A stretch of 42,285 nucleotides of DNA from a virus (IMGVR_UViG_3300037461_000299:1-42285); one strand, 5' to 3'. Counted from the first letter of the stretch, positions 16,875 through 26,683 are shown. The notes: a model not told the origin generated them from the sequence alone. Program-made: numbers and translations.

Positions 16875-17387
16875 TTATTTCCAATCATCAGATGAATCTT
16901 CAAAATATCTATCAGTTTTATTTTTACGCATTACAATACCACCCCTTATTTCAATATTCTCAGAGCTATTCAATGATCTGTAATAAAGAGGGTAAAGGGT
17001 GTAGTTTTCTTCTAAGTAGTCATTAAGCATTCTTACTTTCTCCTCTGCTATCAATAGAGTCTGATCCCTTATCGCTGCAAAGCCTTCATCAGTCAAGGGA
17101 GTAGTCCCATTCACATTAATAGTGTTAGCACCTAAGTCGGAAAGTTCTACCCTTAACTCAGGAAGGACCATATACTTTCCATACCAGCAAAGAATAGGTT
17201 TTACATAGGTTAAAAGAGTCGTATAAGAAGAAGGAGTAAGTACCAGGTCATTATAGAAGTCTTCTCCTAAGATTGGCCTTATGTACTTATACTGCACCAC
17301 ATCCAAAAGAGCAGTCGGGATTCGTGCTTCCTGAATCGTCCTTGTGAACGTCTCGCTTATTAACTCCGCTTTAGTAATTAAGGGCAT
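16875..17387 (-). CDS. head-tail adaptor/connector
   Basis: Follows portal; Q..YIRPILG..FY..L...YVKP.L...YL......YPLY pattern of Bacteroidota phage adaptors. Confidence 0.7.
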   Translation of the reverse strand: MPLITKAELISETFTRTIQEARIPTALLDVVQYKYIRPILGEDFYNDLVLTPSSYTTLLTYVKPILCWYGKYMVLPELRVELSDLGANTINVNGTTPLTDEGFAAIRDQTLLIAEEKVRMLNDYLEENYTLYPLYYRSLNSSENIEIRGGIVMRKNKTDRYFEDSSDDWK

Positions 17388-18588
17388 ATCCTTGTGGTAT
17401 TATTATCTTCTGTTGATTCGGGTCATTCTCGTTATAAACCTCGCCTCTGTTTCGTCTGGCTTCCCAAATCATCAGCCAGGAGTCTTCAGCAATAGGAGGC
17501 TTATTTATAAACTGCAAATCAATATCTAATCCCATTTGTTCTTTAAATACCTTTTTAAAAACATCAAGAAAGATAGTTTGTTCATGCTGGATAATTGTCT
17601 GTCTTGCTATTGCGTATTCATTCAGGATTCTTTTAGTATCAAATCCGGTATTATCAGCTATTGAAGTAAGCGACCTGAACCATGAATGAGCAATTACAAT
17701 GTCGTTAGTGGCTGAACTATGCAGCTTGTCCCATGAACCCTCATCATCTTGTTTGCTTTCAACAAACTGCACAGCATCAGCCTTCTCCCCTTCCTGCGCC
17801 CGTGACTTAGTAAGCACCATTAACTTAGCTTGCTTATCCTCTCCTATATGATTATCTTCGATGTAGTTTATTACTTCTTCACCTTCCTTTGAATCCTTAA
17901 CAGGGACAATCAAAAACCCGGAAACCTTAAAGGCATTCTTCAGTCTTGCCAAGTTCCACTTGTTTGTCTTCAGGTCAATCATCATTGAGTCTTTACCTGC
18001 GACCCATGAAGGGATACCGTAATAATAAAACTCCGGTTCATATTCTTTAACCTGGATAACCGACCGGGAAACAATCACACCGTACTCATTTCTTTCTGAA
18101 AGAAACTCCGGGTAAATAGGAAGTGACTTGATCTCACCCATTCCTTTGTAATCAGTCCAGTCGGGATGAATAAGACAACTCTTCCCGTCTTTAGATAACC
18201 GGCATTTAGTAAAGTCAATATGATTGAACCAAAGGAATGACCTACGATTATCTGTAATAATTTCCATCCAGGCATTGCCTCCGGTATTCTTGTCTCTGAA
18301 ATACTTTGAAGCGATCTTATCTATTGTCTCGCCTTCAAAGTTTGCCTTATCGAAAAGGTATTGTATTTTTTTATCTTCACTCGTCAGACCATCGCCTAGC
18401 ATATAGTTACATTTGGAGTTAATAACTCCCCTGTGAACCGGTGATGACCTGGCAAATAAAGCTGTTGCCTGTGGAAATAGATTATCACTTCCGAAAGGTA
18501 TGAACGGCTGAATAGAGTAATCTAATGTCTTAACCGGCTTAATCTCCACATCCGGCACAAGATTTAAAACTGTTCCAATTTTTGACAT
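17371..18588 (-). CDS. portal protein
   Basis: FIPFGSDNLFPQ......SPVH.GVINSK, YYGIPSW and IVIAH motifs; start MSKIG downstream of the terminator. Confidence 0.85.
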   Translation of the reverse strand: MSKIGTVLNLVPDVEIKPVKTLDYSIQPFIPFGSDNLFPQATALFARSSPVHRGVINSKCNYMLGDGLTSEDKKIQYLFDKANFEGETIDKIASKYFRDKNTGGNAWMEIITDNRRSFLWFNHIDFTKCRLSKDGKSCLIHPDWTDYKGMGEIKSLPIYPEFLSERNEYGVIVSRSVIQVKEYEPEFYYYGIPSWVAGKDSMMIDLKTNKWNLARLKNAFKVSGFLIVPVKDSKEGEEVINYIEDNHIGEDKQAKLMVLTKSRAQEGEKADAVQFVESKQDDEGSWDKLHSSATNDIVIAHSWFRSLTSIADNTGFDTKRILNEYAIARQTIIQHEQTIFLDVFKKVFKEQMGLDIDLQFINKPPIAEDSWLMIWEARRNRGEVYNENDPNQQKIIIPQGYALNY

Positions 18589-18595
18589 AGAGAAT

Positions 18596-18622
18596 AAAAA
18601 AAGGGGAGGAGTGACCCTCCCC
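18596..18622 (-). terminator. intrinsic terminator after the capsid/tail-tube genes
   Basis: - strand GGGGAGG-GTCACT-CCTCCCC followed by a T run. Confidence 0.85.
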
Positions 18623-18629
18623 ATGTGAG

Positions 18630-18791
18630 TTATTTATCTGCGGCTTTCTTTTCTTCTACCGCTTCAACACCAAGCCCTTTGAGCTTCTTTAGAACTTCCT
18701 GGCTTGCATCAGCCAGTTTAACATGGAAGACCTGCCCTGCATCTTCGTAGGTCACTTCCGCATCCTCAAAACCTTTCTTAACTATGACCAT
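18630..18791 (-). CDS. 53-aa hypothetical protein
   Basis: MVIVKKGFEDAEVTYEDAGQVFHVKLADASQEVLKKLKGLGVEAVEEKKAADK*; fills the gap before the terminator. Confidence 0.7.
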   Translation of the reverse strand: MVIVKKGFEDAEVTYEDAGQVFHVKLADASQEVLKKLKGLGVEAVEEKKAADK

Positions 18792-19336
18792 TTGATAATA
18801 GTTGAAGTACCACCAACGATAGCAGCAGTAAGAGTAGTATCAAACGGTAACGCAATCCCTGAAGCCTCATTAAATAGCTGTATGGAAGCAAGCTGACCAT
18901 CTACCTCACTTATGTTCTTACCTGTCTTAGTGGTAATGTTATTAGTCCTAAGTGGCCTGTTCTTTAAGTCGGTAGTATTATAACCAACAAGCCAGCACCT
19001 ACCATTCCCATCAATGACAATGGCAAATAGCCCACATGGACTGCCATCAATCAAAGCCTGAAGGAATGTATTAGTAGCAGTCGCTGGAGGAGCAACCTGA
19101 AAGTCAATGGTATTAGTAACCTTTGAATTGTTGTTGCCAATACGCTCAACTTTCTGCTCCCATGAGACCGAGTCCTGTTCCGCATCTACCCGCATAAACG
19201 GGGTTGTCCCTGTTATTGCAGATATTTCCCCGGAGGCAACGGTAATTGCTGTGATAGTTGCGTTTTCAGCAACAAATACCTTTGAAGCCCCGGAGACGTT
19301 CTTCGCACAAGTGCGAGTAAAGATTGCAAGTGCCAT
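18782..19336 (-). CDS. major tail tube protein
   Basis: C..N.SG...VFV and AIVIDGNGRCWLVGY motifs; directly after the MCP. Confidence 0.7.
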   Translation of the reverse strand: MALAIFTRTCAKNVSGASKVFVAENATITAITVASGEISAITGTTPFMRVDAEQDSVSWEQKVERIGNNNSKVTNTIDFQVAPPATATNTFLQALIDGSPCGLFAIVIDGNGRCWLVGYNTTDLKNRPLRTNNITTKTGKNISEVDGQLASIQLFNEASGIALPFDTTLTAAIVGGTSTIIKWS

Positions 19337-19337
19337 A

Positions 19338-20690
19338 TTAATAAGCTATTGCCATTAATTTAGGATGCAGATATTCAGCTCCCATTACCATTTTAGCTCT
19401 CCAACGGTTCATCTCAAGGTCTTTGTTAAACCAGAAGTCGAATGAGTTGAACTCGTTTGTACCGTCAATACAAAGCACTAAATTCTCAAGTGCAGAGTAT
19501 ATAACCCTATGAGGATAAGCATGAAGATAGCCAGAAACATGAGGGAAGTCAGCATCCAGATGATAGTCCCATCCTACCTCTATAATTGGAATACCTCTGT
19601 ACTGAAGATCAGAAGTTCCATTAACCAAGTTAGTATAACCAGGAACAGTCCATGAAGTACTCTCAAGATAGTCAATGAGGTTTGAATAAACCAGACTACC
19701 TACATAGAAAGCCTTTTTGTTTTTCTCCAAAGCCCTCAGCTCAGCAGGTGCGTTATTCCAGAGACTTAAAAGAGTTGCATGAGCTTCACCAGCACCAAGA
19801 GCAGAAGGAGCAGTATTTGCAGTCGTAGCTGCAACAGAACCAGTTAAGTCTCCTGATACAGCGGTTGATACTGTAATAACTGCCATTGGTTGCCCTACCT
19901 TTGTAGCTGTCACTATAATAGTTGCAGTTCCTGTCATGGCATATCCTCTTAAAAGAAGGGCAGCTCCATGAGATGATCTGAATGCATCATTTGTGGTGGT
20001 GATTGAACCGCCTCCTGGGAATGTTGCCAGATAATTAACCCCATCAATATTTACGTTACACGTTCCTGATGTACCTGTGAGTGTTACTGTCTGCTGTTGA
20101 GCAACGGCCCCATCGGTAATAGCAACCCTTTTAATCTGAGTTGCAGAAGGTGTTAGTGAACAGTTATCCATGAGCTTCTTCCATATACCATTATAGGAAT
20201 TATAGTCAGTATCAGCCACCCCACTCTGAACACTACTTGAAACAGTTTCCTTATAGACATCATTCAACCAGAACTGACGGAAAATATCAGACCGGAATCC
20301 GATTATGAAAAGCTCAGTGAGGATGTTCTTAAGAAGTCCACCCTGCTCACTTGCAGAAAGATCATTCCAGTTGCCCGGAGCTTGAATCTGTCCAAATACA
20401 GTATTAAAGAAAACTGTACCGTCTGATTCCATTTCAGCTTTCATCTTATAGACATTGATCTCCTTCTGAGTATAGGTTGCGCCTGTTGCGCCTGTGAACC
20501 CTGGAGTAGCTGCCTTAGTCATCTTGGCAACCGGATTGAAGTAGTTAAGAAGTTCTTTGTCCTTAACTCCGGTTTTAATAGAAATACCGTATGTCTCCAG
20601 CGGAGACTTCCCTACAAACATAGGGGTGATCAAATAATCCAGCGTTTCTTTACCGGACCATGAAATTGAACTTGTAATAAAGTTTGCCAT
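19338..20690 (-). CDS. major capsid protein with internal T/G/A-rich insertion
   Basis: Follows the Clp protease; YNGIWK, LQYRGIPI and FWFNKDLEMNRWRAK motifs. Confidence 0.8.
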   Translation of the reverse strand: MANFITSSISWSGKETLDYLITPMFVGKSPLETYGISIKTGVKDKELLNYFNPVAKMTKAATPGFTGATGATYTQKEINVYKMKAEMESDGTVFFNTVFGQIQAPGNWNDLSASEQGGLLKNILTELFIIGFRSDIFRQFWLNDVYKETVSSSVQSGVADTDYNSYNGIWKKLMDNCSLTPSATQIKRVAITDGAVAQQQTVTLTGTSGTCNVNIDGVNYLATFPGGGSITTTNDAFRSSHGAALLLRGYAMTGTATIIVTATKVGQPMAVITVSTAVSGDLTGSVAATTANTAPSALGAGEAHATLLSLWNNAPAELRALEKNKKAFYVGSLVYSNLIDYLESTSWTVPGYTNLVNGTSDLQYRGIPIIEVGWDYHLDADFPHVSGYLHAYPHRVIYSALENLVLCIDGTNEFNSFDFWFNKDLEMNRWRAKMVMGAEYLHPKLMAIAY

Positions 20691-20709
20691 TTCTTAAAGT
20701 TTAAAATTA

Positions 20710-21786
20710 TTATTCCTTTTCAGGGTCTTTCACCCTCTTTGTCGGAGATGGACGATTGAGAACCTTTGATAACTTCGCTAAGTCTTCTCCAAAGGGTACT
20801 GAAACAGGTTCGGCATCGCCGTCTTCTTTCCCCTGAGAACCTTCTACAATAGTAGAGGCTGCATCAAGTTGACCAAGTTTAGTATAAGCAGAAGCAAGAT
20901 CAGTCCTGGTATTTGTCAGTTCTGTTTCTTTTGCTTCCAGCTTACTTTTCAATTCAGCAATCTCATTATCCTTAGCAGATAGGATTTCTTTGTCTTGAAC
21001 ATCGTTCAGGGCAATTGCCTCCGGTTCTGCTTCCGGCTGATTATCTTCTGGCACTTCTGCCTCGTTTTCTTTTTCTTCTTTCTTGAACATTCTGGTAAAC
21101 AGATCCTCAATTTTGTCAAGTATGGATTTCTCCACTTCTTTCACTTCTTCCATCTTATTAATTTTTGATAAATACTCTTTTGGAATTTCCGGTAATTTGT
21201 ATTTTGCGATAAACTCATTTGTCGGAAGAACGATAGCAGCAGCCTTTGAAGGTTCAAATATCTCATCAATCAAACCAATCTCAAGTGCTTCTTCTGCATC
21301 AATCCATTTGCCGTAACCGTTATTTTCATCCATTAAACTTTTCACTTTCTCAGGATCAGCACCAGCCTTAACATAGATATCAAGTATCCTTTCGTCAACA
21401 CGTTCAAGATCATCAACAGCCTGCTTAACATCGTTAACATTACCGACTGCCATATTCATAGCATGATGAATTAAATAGAGTGAGTTAGAGGACATTTTCC
21501 TTTTATCTCCGGCCTGTGCTATGATAGTAGCTGCCGAAGCGGTCATTGAATAAACCCTTGTCTCAATCTCTGCCTTTGACATCTTTAAAGCATCATGGAT
21601 CATCAACCCATCAGATACAAAACCACCCGGAGAGTTAATGTTAACTATGATCTTCTTTGTTTTGGATTCTGCTATTGCGGTGAGTTGCTTCTTTATTCCG
21701 AGCCATGATGTTTCGTCCCATCCTATCACATCATCTATAAAGATTTCCGCTTCTGAATCGGACTTATTTACAATTTTCAGGTCCAT
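20710..21786 (-). CDS. ClpP-like prohead protease with acidic/coiled-coil scaffold C-terminus
   Basis: INSPGGFV.DG..IHD.L, ASAATII, LIHH, W.DAEEALE.GLIDEI. Confidence 0.92.
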   Translation of the reverse strand: MDLKIVNKSDSEAEIFIDDVIGWDETSWLGIKKQLTAIAESKTKKIIVNINSPGGFVSDGLMIHDALKMSKAEIETRVYSMTASAATIIAQAGDKRKMSSNSLYLIHHAMNMAVGNVNDVKQAVDDLERVDERILDIYVKAGADPEKVKSLMDENNGYGKWIDAEEALEIGLIDEIFEPSKAAAIVLPTNEFIAKYKLPEIPKEYLSKINKMEEVKEVEKSILDKIEDLFTRMFKKEEKENEAEVPEDNQPEAEPEAIALNDVQDKEILSAKDNEIAELKSKLEAKETELTNTRTDLASAYTKLGQLDAASTIVEGSQGKEDGDAEPVSVPFGEDLAKLSKVLNRPSPTKRVKDPEKE

Positions 21787-21803
21787 AATTGTATGTTTAA
21801 TCT

Positions 21804-21816
21804 ACAAATTTAAACC
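21804..21816 (-). promoter_or_regulatory. -7 promoter box for the head operon (GGTTTAAATTTGT)
   Basis: Matches Bacteroidota TAnnTTTG, just upstream of the protease ATG. Confidence 0.6.
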
Positions 21817-21850
21817 CTGCATTATTAACTTTCATGTAATAATTTTACAT

Positions 21851-21898
21851 AAACATGATATTTGTCATAGTTTTCTAATAATTTATGCTTTAACTTTG
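21851..21898 (+). promoter_or_regulatory. promoter: ATGA-N6-TCAT palindrome, 22 nt, TAACTTTG
   Basis: Same motif and spacing at 39494 and 41844. Confidence 0.7.
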
Positions 21899-21902
21899 TT
21901 GT

Positions 21903-22340
21903 ATGAAACGTACAACTTTAATATTAACCCTTTGTTTGTTTACTATTTCGCTGTCAGGAAATACTATAATGAACCAGTTATTTACTTCGGTCTATAATAC
22001 TGTGAAACATGATCTTAATATTGATTCAGTAACTATAATGATCTATGATTCCAAGTTTAACCCTCATGTTAATAAAGGTGCTATTACTTATAGTAACGAA
22101 AACGAATTTATTATTTACATAGATAGTAACTTACCAAAGTGGGACGTGATATCTATCATGATCCATGAGTTAGTTCATGTTTCGCAGGTCCATACCGGCA
22201 GGATGAAGATATTTACAGGATGCGTTTATTTTGAAGGTAATCAATATCTAAATAGACCGGATGCGCCTTATGAGATAGAAGCTATGATCCTAACGGATAG
22301 CCTTTATAGAAAGTATAGGAAAGAATTTAAATCGCTTTAG
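21903..22340 (+). CDS. secreted zinc metallopeptidase-like protein (HExxH), opposite-strand moron
   Basis: Signal-like N-terminus, IHELVHVSQ, PYEIEA. Confidence 0.75.
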   Translation: MKRTTLILTLCLFTISLSGNTIMNQLFTSVYNTVKHDLNIDSVTIMIYDSKFNPHVNKGAITYSNENEFIIYIDSNLPKWDVISIMIHELVHVSQVHTGRMKIFTGCVYFEGNQYLNRPDAPYEIEAMILTDSLYRKYRKEFKSL

Positions 22341-22572
22341 CTATGTACTTTTTGACAGTTTCCGAGCTTACGCAATAATCATCTGCGATCCTGTCTTTAG
22401 TGTGATCCCTTTCGCCATGCGGAGGGGATTCTTTTTTGTACTCATCAATGATTAAAAACCGCTTTGCACTCTGGTAGGTGATCAGCCCAAATGAAAATAG
22501 TTTATCTGTTACCTCTTTCGAGATACCTTTCTTCTCAAGTCTGTCGGCTGTTTCCTTTTCAATATTTATCAT
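22327..22572 (-). CDS. small HTH-like protein
   Basis: C-terminal RIADDYCVSSETVKKYI. Confidence 0.55.
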   Translation of the reverse strand: MINIEKETADRLEKKGISKEVTDKLFSFGLITYQSAKRFLIIDEYKKESPPHGERDHTKDRIADDYCVSSETVKKYIAKAI

Positions 22573-24683
22573 ACTGATTCCGCTTGTGTAATTACATTGA
22601 ATGTCTTTTGTGCTGTATCCAGCTTGTGTAAATTCAAAACGACCTCTTTAGAGTTGATTAAAGAACTCATCTTGCTTATCATCATATCCATGTCAAACGA
22701 ATTTCCCGGTGAATAACTTACCGATCCGATCAGACCACCATCAGCAAAACCAGGTACACCGGCCCTCTTTAATGCTGCTGCGCCTCCGAGTCTTGCCTGT
22801 TGTGATTCATTGATGACTGCTTCTCCTTCACGTGCAACTATGACAGTATCATCACCCCTTAAGTCAGGGGTCACTTTTAAACCTCCAATTATACGGCCCC
22901 CAGATGCGTATTTGCCTATTTTACCGATAGAGGTACTCGCCTCTGCAATTACCAGTGCAGCACTTACAATCGCTGATGCTGTATTTATTCCCACCCATGG
23001 CTGACCATTAGTAAGTGGAGATGCTGCTACTGCTTTAGCATTGGCAATAGCTGTCTGACTTATTATCTGTGCAATAGCTGCTATCCTGCTAATTATGATT
23101 GCTGTCGTTGCAAGTGCTTTGTTCTTCCCTGATAGTTCACTTAATATTCCCGCGACCCCATATATAATATTAATCTCTGCATCTGATATTTCCTGCTTGG
23201 CTTCTAACTTCATATACTCCAACTCGATCAGTTCAGCAAAGTATTTGGAAGCATCCTCCTTTCCCTTTGCCATCATCTGACGTGACAGTTGAATCTGCTT
23301 TTCCCAGTCATCCTCTGTACCTAAAAACATTTCCGGTGCTGATGGTATTTCTTCTTGGAGTTTCATCCACTCATCAGCATTGTACTTCATTGCCTTAGTC
23401 GCATCTACTACGGTTAATTGACCTTCTGCAAATTCTTTATTATACTGGTTTTCAATTCCGGCTGCACGAGTTCTCACTCTGATAGTATTCTCAAGTGCAG
23501 AACCTTTAGCCCCTTCCAGTTCAACTATCTTTTCAGTAAGTAAAGCATATTTCTCATCAGTTGGCAATGTTACCCTAGCAGCTACTTCACCCCATTGTCT
23601 CTGATAATCTGTTGACTGTGTAAGTAACTCATTTAGTTGTTTCTGCCTGTCTCTTTGTGACTCACTTATTTTAATACCCTGTAAAGACTGAGCCTGAATA
23701 ACTCCATCAAGTTTAGTTTTCTCTCTTAATTGTGCATTATATTCTTCCCCAATAACAAATCCCTTCATAAACTCCTCATCCCTTCTTACATATAAAAGAA
23801 TTTCATTACGCATATCATCATTGATACTCTTCCCAATGTTAGCTATCTTTGTCAGGTTATCTAATTCATTTAAATAACCTTGTTCTGCTATTCCTGTACG
23901 AATGACTTGTAATCTTTCTTCTATTGCAATAGCTTCCTTCCCTGCCTTGTTTCTTTCCTCTAGAGACTTCCGGACATCATTCTGTATCTCTCTTTGCTTT
24001 AGCAGCTCATTTCTTCCCTCTGCCTCTGCAATCTTTAATCCTCTTGTCTTATCATCAATATCGTCCAAACCAGCTGCATATCTTTGTCCTTCATCAATAG
24101 CTGCCTTAACATTCTTAACAAAATCTTTAAAGTCTAATGTAGCTACCGCTCTTTTTACTTGATCGAAGCCTTGCTTTATCCCCTGTATTATCTCCTCAAA
24201 CCGGTCGGCTGTAGCCCCTGTGCTTTCAAGTACCTGTTTAAACGTCTGAAACGCTGTATAAACTCCTGCTATAATTCCGCCAACGGCAGCGATTGAAGCC
24301 CCTATCTTACCAAATGCAGCACTAAACCCCTTCTCATATTCCCCTACTAAAGTACTTGACCCTGACATTGCCCTGTCGTGATCCCTTATTTTAGCTGTAT
24401 TCTCCGCTATCTTCTGTGTAAGCTGATCCCTTGTCTTGATCTCCTGCTCATTGACGGCCTTCATCTGGTTAGCCTGTTGCCTCAATAAAGCCGTTTCAGC
24501 TCTTAACTTCTCAATAGAACCTTCTTCTGCAGTGATAGCTCTAGCAGCAGCCTTTGACTCTGTGGTGAGCCTTGCCTTTTGAGCTACTAACTTAGTTGTC
24601 TCATTAGTCAGGAACTCCAAGTCACGGGAAGCCTCGCCAAAGCCCGATACCTGTAAGCGAAGTATGATAGTCTTATCTGCCAT
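22569..24683 (-). CDS. tape measure protein
   Basis: Ala-rich coiled coil, GSIEKLR, VGEYE, hydrophobic helices, YASGG..GEAVIN..PGFADGG C-terminus. Confidence 0.85.
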   Translation of the reverse strand: MADKTIILRLQVSGFGEASRDLEFLTNETTKLVAQKARLTTESKAAARAITAEEGSIEKLRAETALLRQQANQMKAVNEQEIKTRDQLTQKIAENTAKIRDHDRAMSGSSTLVGEYEKGFSAAFGKIGASIAAVGGIIAGVYTAFQTFKQVLESTGATADRFEEIIQGIKQGFDQVKRAVATLDFKDFVKNVKAAIDEGQRYAAGLDDIDDKTRGLKIAEAEGRNELLKQREIQNDVRKSLEERNKAGKEAIAIEERLQVIRTGIAEQGYLNELDNLTKIANIGKSINDDMRNEILLYVRRDEEFMKGFVIGEEYNAQLREKTKLDGVIQAQSLQGIKISESQRDRQKQLNELLTQSTDYQRQWGEVAARVTLPTDEKYALLTEKIVELEGAKGSALENTIRVRTRAAGIENQYNKEFAEGQLTVVDATKAMKYNADEWMKLQEEIPSAPEMFLGTEDDWEKQIQLSRQMMAKGKEDASKYFAELIELEYMKLEAKQEISDAEINIIYGVAGILSELSGKNKALATTAIIISRIAAIAQIISQTAIANAKAVAASPLTNGQPWVGINTASAIVSAALVIAEASTSIGKIGKYASGGRIIGGLKVTPDLRGDDTVIVAREGEAVINESQQARLGGAAALKRAGVPGFADGGLIGSVSYSPGNSFDMDMMISKMSSLINSKEVVLNLHKLDTAQKTFNVITQAESV

Positions 24684-26683
24684 TATTTAAGTATTAATTC
24701 AAGTTCTGCTATTATCCCGTCAGTTGTCATCTTCTGAAGGAAATAGTAATCATCATCAATCTGATAAGTAGGTCTGAATCCTTCTGATGTAGCTGTATTT
24801 ATCACTGTAAAAAATTGGCTCAAAAATACCACGGTAGCCTTAATTCTTACTGTTCTTAGCTTCCCTTTATCAATGTAATGGAATAGCTTTTGCCAGTAAG
24901 AAGTATAAAGAGATGTCCAGTCTAAACCCTGTATCTTCGGGTAAGTAGTCTTTGTTTCTGTCTCATAGTACCAAGTAAACCCTGCTGTTAACCCTTTCCA
25001 CTCTACTATCCTTGTATTGAATCCAGCCTTACGATCAAATATAGTAAGTGCTGCCCCGGAAGGCTCTGTAAGAATTGAAGGAACTTTTGTTGTATACTCC
25101 CATATAGTATAGTTATAATCAGTGATGATACTTGAGAAAGAATGTTCCCTTATGTCAATTTCTTTCTTTGTGTATATTGAAGTCAAAGCAATATCCTTCT
25201 TTCCGGGGCTTGGGGTGTTGAATAAATAAGCCTCATAAACTTTGTCACTTGTATCGTCTTTCCACTTTAACGTAATGTTCTTTGAATACTCTTTACTTAT
25301 TAGCTCAGTGTTAGGATCATTGTAATCTACTTTATCTGTCAGATCGACTACCGTTGATGAAACCAACTGATCCCAAGGCTCTATGTATATCACTCTGTTT
25401 ATCCGATCCATCCACATTCTAAAGTTACAAATCTCTTTTATCTTCGCTAAGAAGTCGAGTTGTGACATATCTGGTAGCATCTCCTCTGCACTTATGTTCT
25501 TTTGAAGTCCTGAATACTGGCAAGCCTTATTCCATACAGTCTTAAGGTTTGATGATACTGTTAGCCCGACTGCTACATCTACATCACTAATATCGTTATT
25601 TGTCGCTCTGCATAGCAGGCTAATCTCAATACTTAAAACATCATCCTTTATAAAATGGTAATAGCCAGAATCTAAAGTAAATGTAATACCGTCTATTAAT
25701 TCAGTACCTGCATACGTGGGAGATGTTAATTCGCATACCGTATAAACAGTCACCCCTCTAGTTAGCTTTAATCTAAAGTAATAGCTTTCATTTACAATTG
25801 CTATTTCCGCTACTCCATTAGCACTATTCTTTGACTGTATCTCACATATAAATCTATATGTTCCTGTTTCCGGAAAGGTATATTGTTCTCCTGCTTGCCA
25901 GTAACCTCCTTCATTTTTTATCTGAGTTGTAAATTGCGCTTTAAATGAAGTTAATGAAGCAGTATCTGTTGCTGTTGGTACAATAGTTATTACATCTTCA
26001 TTCTCTGATTCGGTTGTCGGGGTAACTTCTAAATCTTTATTTTTGATATGCCCGTTATCAGCAACAGTTTCCTTTCCGATTATATAAATATCTTTCGTTA
26101 CATTGGCTGTTAACCATGTCGAACTAATAGTATAGGGTGCTAATATTTTACTTATTATCCCCGCCACTTGGAACATAGGTATAAAATCAACAGGACTCCA
26201 TTTAGCAGTAGTGCCTATCTCACCTGAAGCCAACGCCCCAAAGTTAATCATCGGATACCTATAAAACGGATACGATGCAGTCCATGAGTCCTCGACTGTT
26301 GCATGAGTTAACGCATGATCATAAGCGGATAAATCCAGCTCTGAAAGTTTTTTACTCGCTAAATCAGCGACCCAGTCATCTGAACTTATTATTACCTCTG
26401 CGACTGTATCTGTATAATTTAAGATAACAACTACACCCTGAATAATTAACTGTTCACCAATATACAGCCTTCCTATTCCAGAGGGTTCTGTCTTGACATC
26501 TGATTGAGTAATGAAGCTAAGTAGCCTTTTATTCGTCCTGGTAAGCGGGAGATTAAGAGTGTAGGACTTGTTATTATTCCCGAAGCCTAAATCTCGAATG
26601 TCACCAATAGAGAATACGACATTAAAAGCCTCGTTAAAGTCGGCCAGTTCAGATCCTATGTAAAGTTTAATATTCAATTTCAA
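24683..26683 (-). CDS. tail tip/baseplate hub-type protein
   Basis: FSIGDIRD......SYTLNLP.T..N, YRYPMINFG, LPDMSQLDFL..I...N, IYIEPW. Confidence 0.65.
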   Translation of the reverse strand: MKLNIKLYIGSELADFNEAFNVVFSIGDIRDLGFGNNNKSYTLNLPLTRTNKRLLSFITQSDVKTEPSGIGRLYIGEQLIIQGVVVILNYTDTVAEVIISSDDWVADLASKKLSELDLSAYDHALTHATVEDSWTASYPFYRYPMINFGALASGEIGTTAKWSPVDFIPMFQVAGIISKILAPYTISSTWLTANVTKDIYIIGKETVADNGHIKNKDLEVTPTTESENEDVITIVPTATDTASLTSFKAQFTTQIKNEGGYWQAGEQYTFPETGTYRFICEIQSKNSANGVAEIAIVNESYYFRLKLTRGVTVYTVCELTSPTYAGTELIDGITFTLDSGYYHFIKDDVLSIEISLLCRATNNDISDVDVAVGLTVSSNLKTVWNKACQYSGLQKNISAEEMLPDMSQLDFLAKIKEICNFRMWMDRINRVIYIEPWDQLVSSTVVDLTDKVDYNDPNTELISKEYSKNITLKWKDDTSDKVYEAYLFNTPSPGKKDIALTSIYTKKEIDIREHSFSSIITDYNYTIWEYTTKVPSILTEPSGAALTIFDRKAGFNTRIVEWKGLTAGFTWYYETETKTTYPKIQGLDWTSLYTSYWQKLFHYIDKGKLRTVRIKATVVFLSQFFTVINTATSEGFRPTYQIDDDYYFLQKMTTDGIIAELELILK

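Noticed and set aside
18589-18624. ORF-track portal start MGRVTPPLFLFS
   Set aside because: These codons are the terminator hairpin and U tract; ATG 18588 is preferred.
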